DNA from: an uncultured Gemmatimonadaceae bacterium
Lineage (GTDB): Bacteria; Gemmatimonadota; Gemmatimonadetes; Gemmatimonadales; Gemmatimonadaceae
NCBI GenBank assembly: GCA_963829055.1
Contig: CAWHHI010000020.1
Location: 928,001-992,000 of the forward strand
Direction: 5' to 3'
DNA length: 64,000 nucleotides
A model generated the notes under the pieces. It was not told the origin of the DNA. It ran no database searches and worked only from the letters and a program-made list of their open reading frames with translations. How positions within the stretch are numbered: the first letter of the stretch is position 1; every line of letters starts with the position of its first letter. This document shows positions 47,666-59,787 of the stretch, one piece after another. Position numbers and translations under genes: made by a program.

Positions 47666-50600
47666 ATGCGATCCATCGTTCGCACGTTCGCGGCTATCAC
47701 GCTCTCCGCCAGCGCGTTATCGGCCCAGGGCACCCGCCTGCTTCGCGACCCATCGCTCGGCCCGTCGGCAATCGCGTTCACCTACGGCGGCGACCTCTGG
47801 GTCGTCGGACGCCAGGGCGGCGAGGCGAGGCGCCTCACGAGCACGCCGGCGGTCGAGGAGGATCCACAGTTCTCCCCCGACGGCAAGTGGATCGCCTTCA
47901 CATCCAATCGCGGCGGCGGCAACGCCGTCTACGTCGTCTCGGCCGACGGCGGCGATCCGCGCCGCCTGACGTGGAGCCCCGCCGGCGAAAGCGCCCGCGG
48001 CTGGACGCCGGACGGACGCCGAGTCCTGTTCGCCTCGAGCCGAGTGTCGGCGCCGACCGCGTACGAGAAGCTGTGGACGATTCCGCTGGACGGCGGACCG
48101 GCGCAGATGCTCCCCGCCTACATGGGCTTCCGCGGCAGCTTCTCGCCCGACGGCAAACGCATCGTCGTGGACCGTGTGGATCGATGGGACGTGGAGTTCC
48201 GGAGCTACCGCGGCGGCCAGAACACACCGCTCACCATCACCGACGTCGCCAACGGCGAGCGAGACGCGCCTGCCTAACGAACGGACGATGGACATCGACC
48301 CCGTCTGGGTCGGCGAGACGATCTACTTCCTGTCCGACCGCGACTGGGCAACGAACGTCTGGTCCTTCGACACGCGGTCGTCACAGCTCAAGCAGCTCAC
48401 GCAGTTCAAGGACGCCGACGTGAAGACGATGGACGCGCGCGAGAACGCCATCGTCTTCGAGCAGGACGGGTACCTCTGGATGATGGACCCCGTCGGCTCG
48501 GCCCCGAAAAAGCTGACGATCACCGCGCACGGCGATTTCCCGTGGGCGACCGCGCACTGGACGGACGTCACCCGCTCGATCGCGTCCGCGTCGTTAGGCC
48601 CGAACGGCAAGCGCGCGCTGTTCGAGGCGCAGAGGCGAGATCTTCACGGTGCCGGTCGAGAAAGGCGACGCCCGCAACCTCACACACTCGTCAGGCGCCG
48701 CCGATCGCGCACCCGTGTGGTCGCCGGACGGGCAGCGCGTCGCGTGGTTCTCCGACGAAGGCGCCGGCTACCGGCTGCTCATCGGCAATGGCGACGGACT
48801 CGGCACGCCGCGCGCGATCGCGATCGGCGATGCCGAAGATGGCGTGGACACCGACGTGGTCGCCCGACGGAAACCACATCGCGTTCGTGGACAACAAGGT
48901 GCGCATCCGCGTCGTGAATCTCGCGAGCGGCGCCATCACCGTCGCCGACACCGGCGGCGGCTCCACGGACCTCAACGCCATGCGACCCGTGTGGTCACCG
49001 GACTCGAAGTGGCTCGCCTACGCCAAGACGTACCCGAACCAGTTCCGCCGCGTCGTGGTGTGGTCGCTGGCCAACGGGAGCAAGCACGTGCTCACCGACG
49101 CACTGGCCAGCGCGGCCGAGCCGGCGTGGGATGCGAACGGACGCTGGCTCTACTTCCTCGCCAGCACCGATCTCGGCGTTCAGAGCGGCTGGGCCGACCT
49201 CGGCTCACAGACCCGAACGTCCACGTCTGGCGTCTACGTCGCACTGCTGCGCGCCGACGAGCCCACGCCGTTCACGCCCGAGAGCGATGAAGAGCGCGCG
49301 GCTCGTACGGCCGGTACGCCGCCACCAGGAGCACCGTCACCGACGACACCGCCGCCGGCCGCGCCGCCGGGCGGTGCCGACACGACTCGTCGGCAGCCTA
49401 ACGATTCTGCGCGCGCCGGCGGCGACGCGGCTCGCGCACCGAACGTTCGCATCGACTTCGATCGCTTCGACCGCCGCATTCTCGCGCTGCCCATGCCGGC
49501 GCGGGACTACGCGCAGCTCATTCCGGGACCGACCGGCATTCTGTTCGTGGCCGAGCGGGTGCCGAATCAGCCCGGGACGACGCTGCACAAGTGGGAGATG
49601 ACCGGCCGCAAGGTCTCCGTGTTCGTCAGTGGTGTCGGGCGTGTCTCGACGTCGAGCGACGGAAAGAAGATCTTCTGGCAACAGAGCACCGCGACCTAAC
49701 GGCAACTGGGTGATAGCCGGCACCGACGCGCCACCTCGCGCGGGCGACGGCGTGGTGCGCGTCGCGCTCGGCGCCCAGATCGACCCGGCGCTCGAGTGGA
49801 AGCAGATCTTCGACGAAGCCTGGCGCATCGAGCGCGACTTCTTCTACGCGCCGAACCTGCACGGCGCCGACTGGACGGCGGTGCGAGCGCGCTACGAGCC
49901 GCTCATCCCACACGTCAAGCACCGCGCCGACCTCACGTACATCCTCGACATGCTCGGCGGCGAGCTGTCGGTTGGGCATTCGTTCGTCGGCGGTGGCGAC
50001 AACCCGCAGGTGGACAGCTCGCGCGTCGGCGCGTTAGGCGCCGACCTCGTGGCCGACGGCGAGCGCTGGCGCATTGCCCGCATCTACACGAGCGAGAGCT
50101 GGAACCCGGGGCTGCGCGCGCCGCTCGACGCGCCGGGCGTGAAGGCACGCGTCGGCGACTATCTGCTCGAGGTGAACGGCGTGCCGGTGACGACGCGCGA
50201 CGAGCCGTGGAAAGCGCTCGACGGCACGGCCGAGCGTCAGACGGTGCTGCGCCTGAGCGAGCGCGCGAGTGGCGACGCGGCGTGGAACGTGACCGTCGTC
50301 CCGGTACGCTCCGAGACGCAGCTTCGCCAGCGCGCGTGGATCGAGGACAATCGTCGCCGCGTGGACTCGCTCTCGCGACGGAACGCTGGCGTACGTGTGG
50401 GTGCCTAACACGAGCCGGCCTGGCGTCACGTCCTTCGATCGCTACTACTTCGCGCAGCAGGATCGCAAGGGCGCCGTGATCGACGAGCGGTTCAACAGTG
50501 GCGGGCTGCTCGACGACTACATGGTGACGATCATGAACAAGAAGCTCGTCGGCGGCGTCACGGACTACGTCCCGGGCGTGAGCAGCGTGCAGTCTCCCGA

Positions 50601-51011
50601 TCAGCGGCGTGCCGGGCCCAAAGGTGCTCGTCACGAACGAGCTCGCGGGCTCCGGCGGCGACTTCTTCCCGTGGGTGTTCCGGCAGTTGAACGTCGGTCC
50701 GCTCATCGGCACGCGCACGTGGGGTGGGCTGGTCAATGCGTCGGTGCCCTACCCGCTCGTCGATGGCGGCACGATCACCGCGCCGGCGCGGGCGGTGTTC
50801 GGGCCTAACGGGTTCATCGCCGAGGGTGAGGGCGTGCACCCGGATCTGGAGGTCCTGCAGGAATCGCGACTCGTTATGCAGGGCCGCGATCCGCAGCTCG
50901 AGCGCGCGGTGGACGAGGCGCTCAAGCTGGTCGCGACGAAGGGTGTGCGAGGCCGCGAAGACGCCGGCGTTCCCGGTGAAAGCGAAACGACCAACGACCG
51001 TGGTGCCATAA
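47666..51011 (+). CDS. Tricorn-like S41 protease (propellers, PDZ, S41); several frameshifts
   Basis: IAFTYGGDLW, RRLTS, YRGGQ, QIFDEAWRIERDFFY, ELSVGH, IDERFNSGG, AGSGGDFFP, IGTRTWGGL, DPQLERAV. Confidence 0.9.
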
Positions 51012-51040
51012 CACTCGTGGCGACGTTCGAAGGAACGACA

Positions 51041-51649
51041 ATGGCGACGCACGCTCGTCGGTGGACGGCCGTTGTCATCGCCCTCGCGGGTTGTGCGAGG
51101 CCCGGCGCGTCGGGCGGCGCGGGTCACGCCACGCCAATCTCGCGGGCTGACCCGCTGATGGAGTTGGGCACGCTTCCCGGCGGGAGCTCGTTCACCATCG
51201 ATGCCGGCGTATCGGACGTCCGGCTCTCTCTCGAGGCGCGCGACTCGGTCGTCTGGGCGTTCGAGGCAAAGCCGCCCGGCTGCGCCACCGCCGAGGCCAC
51301 GCCTGGACGACTCACTGTCGCGCACCACCACGACAACTGCTCGGCGCGCTGGGACGTTCACGCCCCGCTCATTGCCGACGTGCGCGTCGACGTTTCCGTC
51401 GGCGACGTCGACGTGAGCGCTCCTCTCGATCGTGCGCTCCGCCTTCGCGCGAATGTCGGCAGCGTGCGGCTCCGCATCGACAATCGGGAGCTGCATCATC
51501 GCGGCTCGCCTGGCTCCGGCGACCAACTCGAGCTTGGCGACTTGAGCTCGGTGCCTCGGCTCGACGTACGAACGGGCGTCGGCTCCGTGAGGGCGGACAT
51601 GTTCGCCGACGCGAGCCTCCGTCCACCTGTCATGCGCGCCCCCAGATGA
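51041..51649 (+). CDS. Hypothetical lipoprotein
   Basis: MATHARRWTAVVIALAGC lipobox and repeated VGDV/VGSV beta motifs. Confidence 0.7.
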   Translation: MATHARRWTAVVIALAGCARPGASGGAGHATPISRADPLMELGTLPGGSSFTIDAGVSDVRLSLEARDSVVWAFEAKPPGCATAEATPGRLTVAHHHDNCSARWDVHAPLIADVRVDVSVGDVDVSAPLDRALRLRANVGSVRLRIDNRELHHRGSPGSGDQLELGDLSSVPRLDVRTGVGSVRADMFADASLRPPVMRAPR

Positions 51650-51665
51650 ACGCAGGGCAGCAGTA

Positions 51666-51918
51666 CCGGCGCGAAATGCCGAACGGCGCGAAATGCCGAA
51701 CGGCGCGAAATCCCAGACGGCGCCAAATCCCAGACTGCGCGAAATCCCAAAGAGCGCGAAATCCCGAAGAGCGACAAAGAGCGGAACGGCACCGCCGTTT
51801 GGCGCCTTCTGGGATTCCGCGCCGTTCGGCATTTGGCGCCCTTCGGGATTTCGCGCCGTTCGGGATTTCGCGCTGTCTGGGATTTCGCGCCGTTACGTGG
51901 CCCTGCGCCGTTTCTCAG
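51666..51918. repeat. Palindromic array of 17-bp tandem units, copy 3 (centre inverted relative to copy 1)
   Basis: Six direct units, centre GCGACAAAGAGCGGAACGGCACCGCCG, five inverted units. Confidence 0.9.
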
Positions 51919-53220
51919 TTCGCCTTTAGGTTGGCAGCATCGAGCTTGACTCGATTCGTCTCCGGCAGGAAAACCGTGGCGATGATGGTCACGGCGCAGC
52001 ATGCAACCATGTAGCCTGCTACCGCTCCCGAGCCGTACCGCGCAAGCAGCACCGTAGCGATGAACGGCGCGACACCGCCCGACACGACCGACGTGAGCTG
52101 ATAGACGAGTGATGCCCCGGTATACCGCACGTGCGTCCCGAACAGCTCCGACAGCGTCGCGCCCATCGGCCCGTACATCATGTCGTGCCCGAAGTTCATG
52201 GCCAGGATCATCGCGAGAATGACGAACCCCGGCCCGCGCTCGACCAGCCAGAAAAACGGAAACGCGACGAGCAGCGAGGCAATGCCGCCGGCGAGGTAGA
52301 CCGGTCTCCGCCCAATCCGATCCGAGATGTGCGACCACAGCGGAATCGTGAACAGGCCGAGTAACGAGGCGATCATCACGCCGCGCAGCATCACGGATCG
52401 CGGATAGCCTAACGTCTTCTCGCCGTAGCTCAGCACGAACACCGTGTAGATGTAGAAGATCACGTTCTGGGCGAACCGCATCCCCATCCCGATCAACACC
52501 TCGCGCGGGTGCTCGCGGAACACGTCGAGCAGTGGCGCGCGCGATTCGCGCCGAGCGTCCTTGAGCTTCTCGAACGACGGCGACTCGAGCACGCGGAGAC
52601 GGATGAAGAGCCCGACGCCGACGAGTAGCACCGAGACCAGGAACGGCACACGCCATCCCCACGCGAGAAAAGCGGGCTCCGGGAGCCGCGACGAGAGCAC
52701 CGCGAACACGAGCGTCGAGAGCAGCAGCCCGCCCGGCACGCCCATTTGTGGCCACGACCCATGGAAGCCTCGGCGTTCGCCGCCCGAGTGCTCCACCGCG
52801 AGCAGTACCGCCCCGCCCCACTCTCCGCCGACGCCGAAGCCCTGGATGAACCGGAGCACCACGAGGAGAATCGGCGCCCAGATGCCGATCTGGCTGTACG
52901 TCGGAATCAGTCCGATCAGCGCGGTCGCGACGCCCATGATCAGCAGCGACCACACGAGCATCTTCTTCCGTCCGAACCGATCGCCGTAGTGACCGAACAC
53001 GATGCCGCCTAACGGGCGTGCCACGAACCCCACGGCGAACGTGCCGTAGGCGCTGAGCGTCCCGGCCAACGGTTCGAGCGTCGGGAAGAACAGTCGGTTG
53101 AAGACCAGCGCCGCGGCGGTGCCGTAGAGGAAGAAGTCGTACCACTCGATCGTGGTGCCGATGAAGCTGGCGACCACCACTCGCCGGAGCTCGGCCGACT
53201 TCTCGTCGCTGGGTTGTCAT
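51915..53220 (-). CDS. MFS transporter, MHS (ShiA-like) family; probable indel near the start
   Basis: GTTIEWYDFFLYG, FGHYGDRFGRK, GGEWGGAVL, WGWRVPFL, ESPSF, ELFGTHVRYTG. Confidence 0.9.
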
Positions 53221-53377
53221 GGGGGGCCCAAGTACGACCGAGACAATACGGAGCGCAAGGGGCTAGAGTCGTTGACCGGGCACGGTCGTGGACGCCATGG
53301 ACTCCGGCTGTACGATCATTCGCATATCCCGGCGACCTCTGCCCGACCTATGCGGTGCCAGGCCGACAGTCGACTAT

Positions 53378-53405
53378 TATGTCACACGTGCATATTCGTG
53401 ACATA
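53378..53405. promoter_or_regulatory. Inverted repeat overlapping an antitoxin start, candidate operator
   Basis: TATGTCAC-N12-GTGACATA. Confidence 0.55.
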
Positions 53406-53637
53406 TGCGCAGTACTGTCCGCCTTCCAGACGAACTTATGCGCGCCGCAAACGCCGGGCACACCAGACCGGGCGTAGTCTCACGCACTGCTGGAAGACTG
53501 CGTTCGCGCGGCGCTCCGGCAGCCCGCGGCAGCGCAGCGCGTATCCGAGCTCTCTCGACCTACGGTGGCAAAGGGCTGGCTCCAGGCGTGGACCTGATCG
53601 ACTCGAGCGCGTTGGAAGATCTGATGACGGTCGCTGA
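53405..53637 (+). CDS. vapB: VapB-like antitoxin; frameshifted
   Basis: MRSTVRLPDELMRAA...GGKGLAPGVDLIDSSALEDLM. Confidence 0.7.
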
Positions 53638-53641
53638 TCTG

Positions 53642-54085
53642 ATGCTGCTCGACGTCAACGTGACTCGTGGACGGCCATGCGCGAGGACGCGCCGAGGCAC
53701 CGCGATGTCAACGCGTTCGTCGAGGGGCTCCGCCGGGCGCCGGAGCCGTTCGGCGTGAGCGACGTGGTACTAAGCGGCACAATGCGTGTGCTGACGCATC
53801 CGCGGGTGTTCGTCCCGCCAGACACCGCCGGACGTTGCCCGCGCATACGTGGTCACCGTCCGCTCGACGCCTAACGCCATCGTCGTCGCGCCGGGCCCAC
53901 GGCACTGGGAGCTGTTCGTCGGATTGCTCGAGCAGTCGGGAGCTATTGGAAACCTCGTGGCCAGATGCATGGCACGCGGCGCTGGCCATCGAGCACGGCT
54001 GCGAGTGCGATTCCGACGTCAGCGACTTCTCGCGGATCGTTCCGGGAGCTGCGCTGGCGGCGAAGCCCGGCTGCGCTCGCTGTGA
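53642..54085 (+). CDS. vapC: PIN-domain VapC toxin; frameshifted, end approximate
   Basis: MLLDVNV, MRVLTHPRVF..P, PGPRHW, GNLV, DAWHAALAIEHG, SDFSR across frames. Confidence 0.75.
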
Positions 54086-54210
54086 GATGCCGCACACTGC
54101 GCCGGCGAACGGACGATAGCGACCATCTCGAGTACGTGAACGTTGGGTCGTACGCGCTCGGCATCCATAACGAATGGGAGCGCGCAAACGCTCGCGAGAC
54201 CACCTGACGC

Positions 54211-55170
54211 TCAGCGCGTCTTCCTGATCTCCCGAACGCCGAGATCGAGCCGACGCCGCAGCAGCGCACGCAACGTGGCACCGTCGGCGTAGCCCACGCG
54301 TGCCGCGATGGCGTCAACGCTCGCGCTCCCCGTCTTGAGCAGGTGCACCGCGCGCTCGACACGCAGGCTCTGAAAGTACGAAAGGGGTGTCTTGCCTAAC
54401 GCTGCGTGCATCCGACGCGCGAGCGTGCGCTTGCTGGCGCCTACGGCCTTCGCCGCGTCGTCCAGTGAGAACCCGTCCGCCAGCCGCGCTCGCGCCCAGC
54501 GCTCGAAGCGCTGAACGATCGGATCGGTGTGCACCAGGTGGTCGGTCAACGCGTACGCGGATTGCGACGGCCTGGAATCGACGATGAGATACTTCGCTGT
54601 GAGCGCGGCGAGCTGCGGACTCACGCCGCGGATGAGCCACAGCGCGAGATCCATGTGACTCAGCGCCGCTCCCGCGGTCACGAAGCGGCCGGAGTGCACG
54701 ATCATGCTCGACTCGTCGAGCGACACGCTCGGATAGCGCTGTCTGAACAGCGGCGCGAGCCACCACGTCGTCGTCGCCCGCTGCTCGTCCAGCAACCCCG
54801 ACTCGGCCATCACGAACGTGCCGATGCACGCCGCGGCCATCGTCGCCCCGCCGCGGTGCCACTGTCGAAGCGCGGCGGTCGCATCGCGCACGTCCGGTCG
54901 CGCGAGCGCCGCGACGAGCGGACCGGGCGTCTTGAACCCGATCGCCGGCACGATGGCGCAGTCGGGGCGCCATCGGCCAACGGCGTGAACCGGCACGCGA
55001 AGCCCGTGCGACGTGCGCACCGCCCTCCGTACGCCGACGACGCGCGTCTCGAAACGAGGCACCGCGAGCTCCGACATCTCGGCCAGCTCGTTCGCGGTCT
55101 GAAAGGCGTCGAGCAGGGCCGCCAGGCCGAGGTCGAAGACGTCGTCGAGGACGAGGATGGCGATGCGCAT
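54211..55170 (-). CDS. GlxA family (DJ-1/PfpI + AraC HTH) regulator
   Basis: AACIGTFVMAESGLLD...ATTTWW, TAGA, SKRTLARR, IAARVGY. Confidence 0.9.
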   Translation of the reverse strand: MRIAILVLDDVFDLGLAALLDAFQTANELAEMSELAVPRFETRVVGVRRAVRTSHGLRVPVHAVGRWRPDCAIVPAIGFKTPGPLVAALARPDVRDATAALRQWHRGGATMAAACIGTFVMAESGLLDEQRATTTWWLAPLFRQRYPSVSLDESSMIVHSGRFVTAGAALSHMDLALWLIRGVSPQLAALTAKYLIVDSRPSQSAYALTDHLVHTDPIVQRFERWARARLADGFSLDDAAKAVGASKRTLARRMHAALGKTPLSYFQSLRVERAVHLLKTGSASVDAIAARVGYADGATLRALLRRRLDLGVREIRKTR

Positions 55171-55273
55171 GGCAATAATGATAACAAAGATGGCGTTCTT
55201 GCCCATGGCCAGATGGACGGTGCATCGCCTACGTTCGGCGTACGCAGATTCCACCAACCAGACGAGTCGTGTC

Positions 55274-56217
55274 ATGAGTGCCATTCGCACCACGCCGCGA
55301 AATATCCTGCAGTGCATCGGCAACACGTCGCTCTTGCCACTGCACCACGATCGTGCCGTCGAGTGGCGCTCGCATTCTCCTCAAGATCGAGAGCGAGAAC
55401 CCCACCGGCAGCATGAAGGACCGCATGGCGCTGGCGATGGTCGAAGCAGCCGAGGCGGACGGGAGGCTCGCGCCCGGCGGCTCGGTCGTCGAATACACGG
55501 CCGGTAGCACCGGCGTGTCGCTGGCGCTCGTCTGCAGCTGTGAAGCGCTACCCGCTGCACATCGTGACATCGGACGCGTTCGCGCGGGAGAAGCTCGATC
55601 ACATGGCGTTGCTCGGTGCAAGGCTGCGCATTCTTCACAGCGACGACGGGCGCATGACGGCCAAGCTCACGCGCGACATGATCGAACAGGCGCGTGTGGT
55701 CACCGAGGAGACGCGCGGCTTCTGGACCGATCAGCTCAATAACCGCGATCAGCTCGCGGCCTATCAGACCATGGCGGACGAGATCTGGACGCAGACGGAC
55801 GGCGAGATCGATGGCTTCGTGCAGAGCGTCGGCTCGGCGGCGTCATTCCGCGGCACCACCGAAGCGCTGCGACAGCGCAACGAGCGGATCAAGGCCGTCG
55901 CGGTAGAGCCGGCCGAGTCGGCCGTGCTTTCAGGCGGAGCGCCCGGCGCTCACAAGATCGACGGCGTGGGCGCGGGGTTCGTCGTGCCGCTCTGGAAGGA
56001 CGGCGTCGCCGATCAGATCGAACGCGTGTCCACGGAGGACGCGGTCGCGATGGCGCGCCGTCTCGCGCGTGAAGAAGGACTCTTTGCGGGCACGTCCACC
56101 GGCGCGAACGTCGTCGCGGCGTTGCGACTGGCCGAACAGCTCGGGCCTAACGCGACGGTCGTGACGATCATGTGCGACACCGGCATGAAATATCTCAAGA
56201 TGTTCGCACACGCTTGA
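55274..56217 (+). CDS. PLP-dependent cysteine synthase family protein; frameshifts
   Basis: KIESENPTGSMKDRMA, EYTAGSTGVSLA, HKIDGVGAG, EEGLFAGTSTGAN, DTGMKYL. Confidence 0.9.
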
Positions 56218-56677
56218 GCATCCGCGTCCACTCGGGCACGTATCCGGCCGCCTCGTATACGCGCCGAGCGCGATCGTTGTCCTCGAAAACGTGCAGCGAG
56301 AGCCACGGATAGCCCGCCTCCTCTGCCCACCGCTCCGCCGCCGCGAGCAGCGCGCGCCCGATCCCGCGACCTTCCCCTGCGCGCGTGACCGCAATGTCGA
56401 CCACGTGCCCGGCGAGCATGTCGGTGAAATAATCGCGCTCCGACTTCAACCACACGAACCCCACCGGGTTGCCTAACGCATCCTCGGCCACGAGAAACGT
56501 CGTTTCCGGCGCCGGGGCCACGAGCTCGCGCGCCCACTGCGCGGCGACGGCATCGTCCATGGCTTCGGTCTCGCGCCACGAGGGCGGCCCGAACTCGTGC
56601 ATCCGAGGCGCTAACAGGGTGATCCAGCTCGCATCCTCCGGCCGCGCTGGCCGGATACGAACGTCCGCGTCGCTCAT
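56195..56677 (-). CDS. GNAT acetyltransferase
   Basis: GEGRGIGRALL, LHVFEDNDRARRVYE. Confidence 0.85.
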   Translation of the reverse strand: MSDADVRIRPARPEDASWITLLAPRMHEFGPPSWRETEAMDDAVAAQWARELVAPAPETTFLVAEDALGNPVGFVWLKSERDYFTDMLAGHVVDIAVTRAGEGRGIGRALLAAAERWAEEAGYPWLSLHVFEDNDRARRVYEAAGYVPEWTRMLKRVRTS

Positions 56678-56738
56678 GACCTGACCCTCAGGAGATGTAC
56701 AGGCGGAAATCTATTCCCGCCGGCGCACTATCGCCCGG

Positions 56739-58223
56739 TCATCGGGCCAGGAACTCACTCCAGGCGATAGGCTGGTAGTTCTGCACGCAGAACAGCGTGT
56801 CCACCGCGAGCTTCTCGCGATCGACCGCGTTGCGCAGGTCCACGAGCGACGTCTCGAAATATCCCTTGCCTGGCTGCCCGGTGACCGCGCGATTCGGGAA
56901 CACCAGGTCGGCGCCATAGAGCAGCTTCGCGTCCGGGAAGTACGCCATGAGCATGCGCTCGCCGTACGGACCGCCGACGGGATAGAGCTCGATGCGGTTC
57001 TCTCCCTTTCCGATGACGGTCTTCGCGCTCACCGGCATGAACTTCGGCGCCCTGGGTTGCTTCGCCAGCCGGTCCGGCTCGAGCGTGTGCGGCGCCTTCG
57101 CGACTTTCGTGAGGAACGGGACGCTCCCGGCCTGCACGTAGATCGGGATGCCTAACGCGATCGCCTCGCGCACGCCGCCGATGTGCGCCCACGGGTCGGA
57201 CGTCATGACGATCGCCTTGATCGGCGACCCGGGCCATCGCCGGTTCGCCTCGTCGATGACGTCGTGAAGGTACTGCGCGCTGATGTGCGCCTCGAAGATC
57301 ACGACGCCGTCCGGCTGCTTCACGAGCGTCATCGCCCACTGGTCCGGGACGCGCACGATCCCCGGCCTGAGCTCCGTCGGCTGTCCGCGCGCGCCGAGCC
57401 GAAATGTCGAGAAGTTGAGCTTCGAGTTTGCCGCGTACTGCGCCCGCGCCGAATCCGACACGGTGAGCGACTCGGCCGGCACGCGCGCGGTGTCGAGCGC
57501 GACGGTCGTGATCGACACGTCGTGAAGCAGTTCCCCGTTCAACAGCACGCGCTCGTGCATCGGCCACCAGGCGCCTGACGAGTGGATCGACCAGCGCCCG
57601 TACTCGGTGCGCATGGTGACGTCGCCGAACGCGGCCCAGCGGAAGTTGTCGGGATAGGCACGGACGATGTCGACGGCGTCCGGCAGATGCGTGTCGCGAT
57701 TCAGCTCGAGGCGCATTCGCCCGTTTCGCCACGGAAACGACAGCACGTCGTACGTGATGCCGAAGTGCGTCGCGGTTCCGTCGAGCCGCAGGGCCGGTGA
57801 CGCGGCGGCAAGCATGAGCGCGCGGGCTGGCGCTGCATCGATGCGGTCGATCGCATCCTCGTACGCCGCACGCGACGAGCCGGTCTCGCGCGCGCCGATT
57901 CGATTGGAGACGACCGAGTCGGTGAGAACGGTGACGAGCTCCGGGCCAGGGCCCGTCGTCGCGAGGTTGCGGAATGTCCGCCGAAAGCTCGAGGAAGTAC
58001 CGTCGCGCAGTTCGGCGAACTGGCTGTACGTGGGGTACCACGGCCCGTCGGCGCGCTCGCCGTTTCCGAGCACGTAGTCGTGTTGAAGACCTGTGAGGCG
58101 GTATGCGCGAACGTCGCGAAGCGACGCGGAGCGCTGTAGCGCCGCGACCGCGGCATCAACAAGCGCGCGCGGGTCTGGCGGTGCGGGCAGGGCGACGGAA
58201 AGCGCGAGCAGGACAGTCAGCAT
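56739..58223 (-). CDS. Secreted protein with a degenerate metallo-beta-lactamase-like C-terminal domain
   Basis: Signal peptide, GVVIFEA, PIKAIVMTSDPWAHIGGVRE, LMAYFPDAKLLYGADL. Confidence 0.75.
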   Translation of the reverse strand: MLTVLLALSVALPAPPDPRALVDAAVAALQRSASLRDVRAYRLTGLQHDYVLGNGERADGPWYPTYSQFAELRDGTSSSFRRTFRNLATTGPGPELVTVLTDSVVSNRIGARETGSSRAAYEDAIDRIDAAPARALMLAAASPALRLDGTATHFGITYDVLSFPWRNGRMRLELNRDTHLPDAVDIVRAYPDNFRWAAFGDVTMRTEYGRWSIHSSGAWWPMHERVLLNGELLHDVSITTVALDTARVPAESLTVSDSARAQYAANSKLNFSTFRLGARGQPTELRPGIVRVPDQWAMTLVKQPDGVVIFEAHISAQYLHDVIDEANRRWPGSPIKAIVMTSDPWAHIGGVREAIALGIPIYVQAGSVPFLTKVAKAPHTLEPDRLAKQPRAPKFMPVSAKTVIGKGENRIELYPVGGPYGERMLMAYFPDAKLLYGADLVFPNRAVTGQPGKGYFETSLVDLRNAVDREKLAVDTLFCVQNYQPIAWSEFLAR

Positions 58224-58293
58224 CGTCGAGTATGATTGTGGTTATAGGCTCAATCCCACACGATGCACGCACCCCGAGGACCTCCAAACGACT

Positions 58294-58326
58294 TTGTGGC
58301 CAGTGACTGTTATGATGTGGCCACAA
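58294..58326. promoter_or_regulatory. Inverted repeat, candidate operator
   Basis: TTGTGGCCA-N15-TGGCCACAA in an AT-richer region upstream of 58223. Confidence 0.35.
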
Positions 58327-58414
58327 GCGGAAAATCGGGGTGCTCGTATTCCTGAGGCCACTTTCCTAAGGCCTCCTTCCTGAGCCTACCAACCCTGACG
58401 CGACACACCGCGCA

Positions 58415-59601
58415 TTACTTCGCGCGACTCCCGAAGTACACCACATTCGGCGCGTCCGAGCGCGCCGCGGCAATGTCCATGACGCCATCGCGATTCAGGT
58501 CCGCGATCGCGAAGCCGTAGACCGTGCCTTTCCTGTCGCCAACCGGAATATCGCGGAACCGTCGTCCGGAACCGTCGTTCAAGTGCACGATGGATGGCGC
58601 CTCCACGTTGCCGACGATGATGTCCGGTTTGCCGTCGCCGTTCACGTCCGCGACGGCGAGCGCGTACGGCGCCACCTTCGCGTCGGCCACGGACACAGGC
58701 CGCCGAGAAGGCGCCGTTCCTCTGACCGAAGTAGACCGCCGTGCCTTGTCGCTCGTCGATGGCGACGAGATCGAGGTGTCCATCGCCGTCCAGATCCGCC
58801 GCTTCCGTCATCCGGATTGTGCGCGTTAGGCGGGCCGAACGGAATCGTTCGCGAGGGCGAGAACGTTCCCTTCGGACCCGCGAGGTACACGCGACTCTGG
58901 CCGCCGTCCCGGTACGGCACGGCGAGGTCGATCAACCCGTCGCCATTGAAGTCCGCGGCTGTGATCGTCGTCGCGGGCTCGCGCGAGAACGCGACGCAGT
59001 CCGAGTCGAAGCGCCCCTTCCCCTTGTTGAAGCAGATGTAGTTCGCGCCGGTGCTGTCGCTGCGATTGGCGACGACGATGTCCGGGAGCCCGTCTCCATC
59101 GATGTCCGCCACCGTCGCGTTTCGAGTCTCCCACTCCGGCCGCCCGAACGTCGATCCCACGCTGAAGTGTCCCTTGCCGTCATTCAGGTACACGAGCTTG
59201 GGATCCGGCCTGTCGTTGCTGATGATCACATCGAGATCACCATCGCGGTCCACATCCGCCAAGTGCCCGGAGTACGATCGGTCCGAGGCCTTCCCGAGCG
59301 GGTACCCGGCCGCGAAGTGCCCAGCTCCGTCGCCTAACAGCACCCGATCGACGAGCGGCCAGTGGCGACCCTTCGCGAGCACGAGATCGAGGCGGCCATC
59401 TCCATTGAGGTCACCGGCGCTGACGTTCGCGGACGTCTCCGACGTCGACTCGAGCAGAAGAACCCGGTCGAAGGTGGGGAACGTGTCCACCGAGATTCCA
59501 CTCGGTCCGTGCATCGCCGCTGGAGCCCGTACGGCAGTCGCCGCCGACACCACTCCACCGAGTACGACAACGGCGGCCGCTATAGCGCGCGCGCGGTTCA
59601 T
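58415..59601 (-). CDS. FG-GAP/VCBS repeat protein, secreted; frameshifts
   Basis: Repeated (A/G)DxNGDGxxD motifs and a signal peptide. Confidence 0.85.
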
Positions 59602-59609
59602 CGCATCTC

Positions 59610-59757
59610 GTGTCATTCCGAGCGGAGCGGGTGTCATTCCGAGCGAGCAGCGAGAGCGGCGGAGTCGAGGAATCCTTTCCTTCTTGATAGAGGGCCCTCT
59701 ACCCTGCAAGCCAAGGATTCCTCGACTGCGGCCTTCGGCCTCCGCTCGGAATGACAC
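59610..59757. repeat. REP-like palindromic element, copy 2
   Basis: Same termini, GTCGAGGAATC/GATTCCTCGAC arms and TAGAGGGCCCTCTA core as 3722-3898. Confidence 0.85.
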
Positions 59758-59765
59758 CGTTGCCA

Positions 59766-59787
59766 TCATGCTAAATTATTAGCATGA
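59766..59787. promoter_or_regulatory. Perfect AT-rich inverted repeat, candidate operator
   Basis: TCATGCTAA-ATTA-TTAGCATGA. Confidence 0.5.

Noticed and set aside
50609..51649. Fusion of the tricorn C-terminus to the lipoprotein
   Set aside because: A frameshift near 50950 explains it. The alternative frame stops at 51011 and the lipoprotein has its own SD-like sequence and ATG at 51041.
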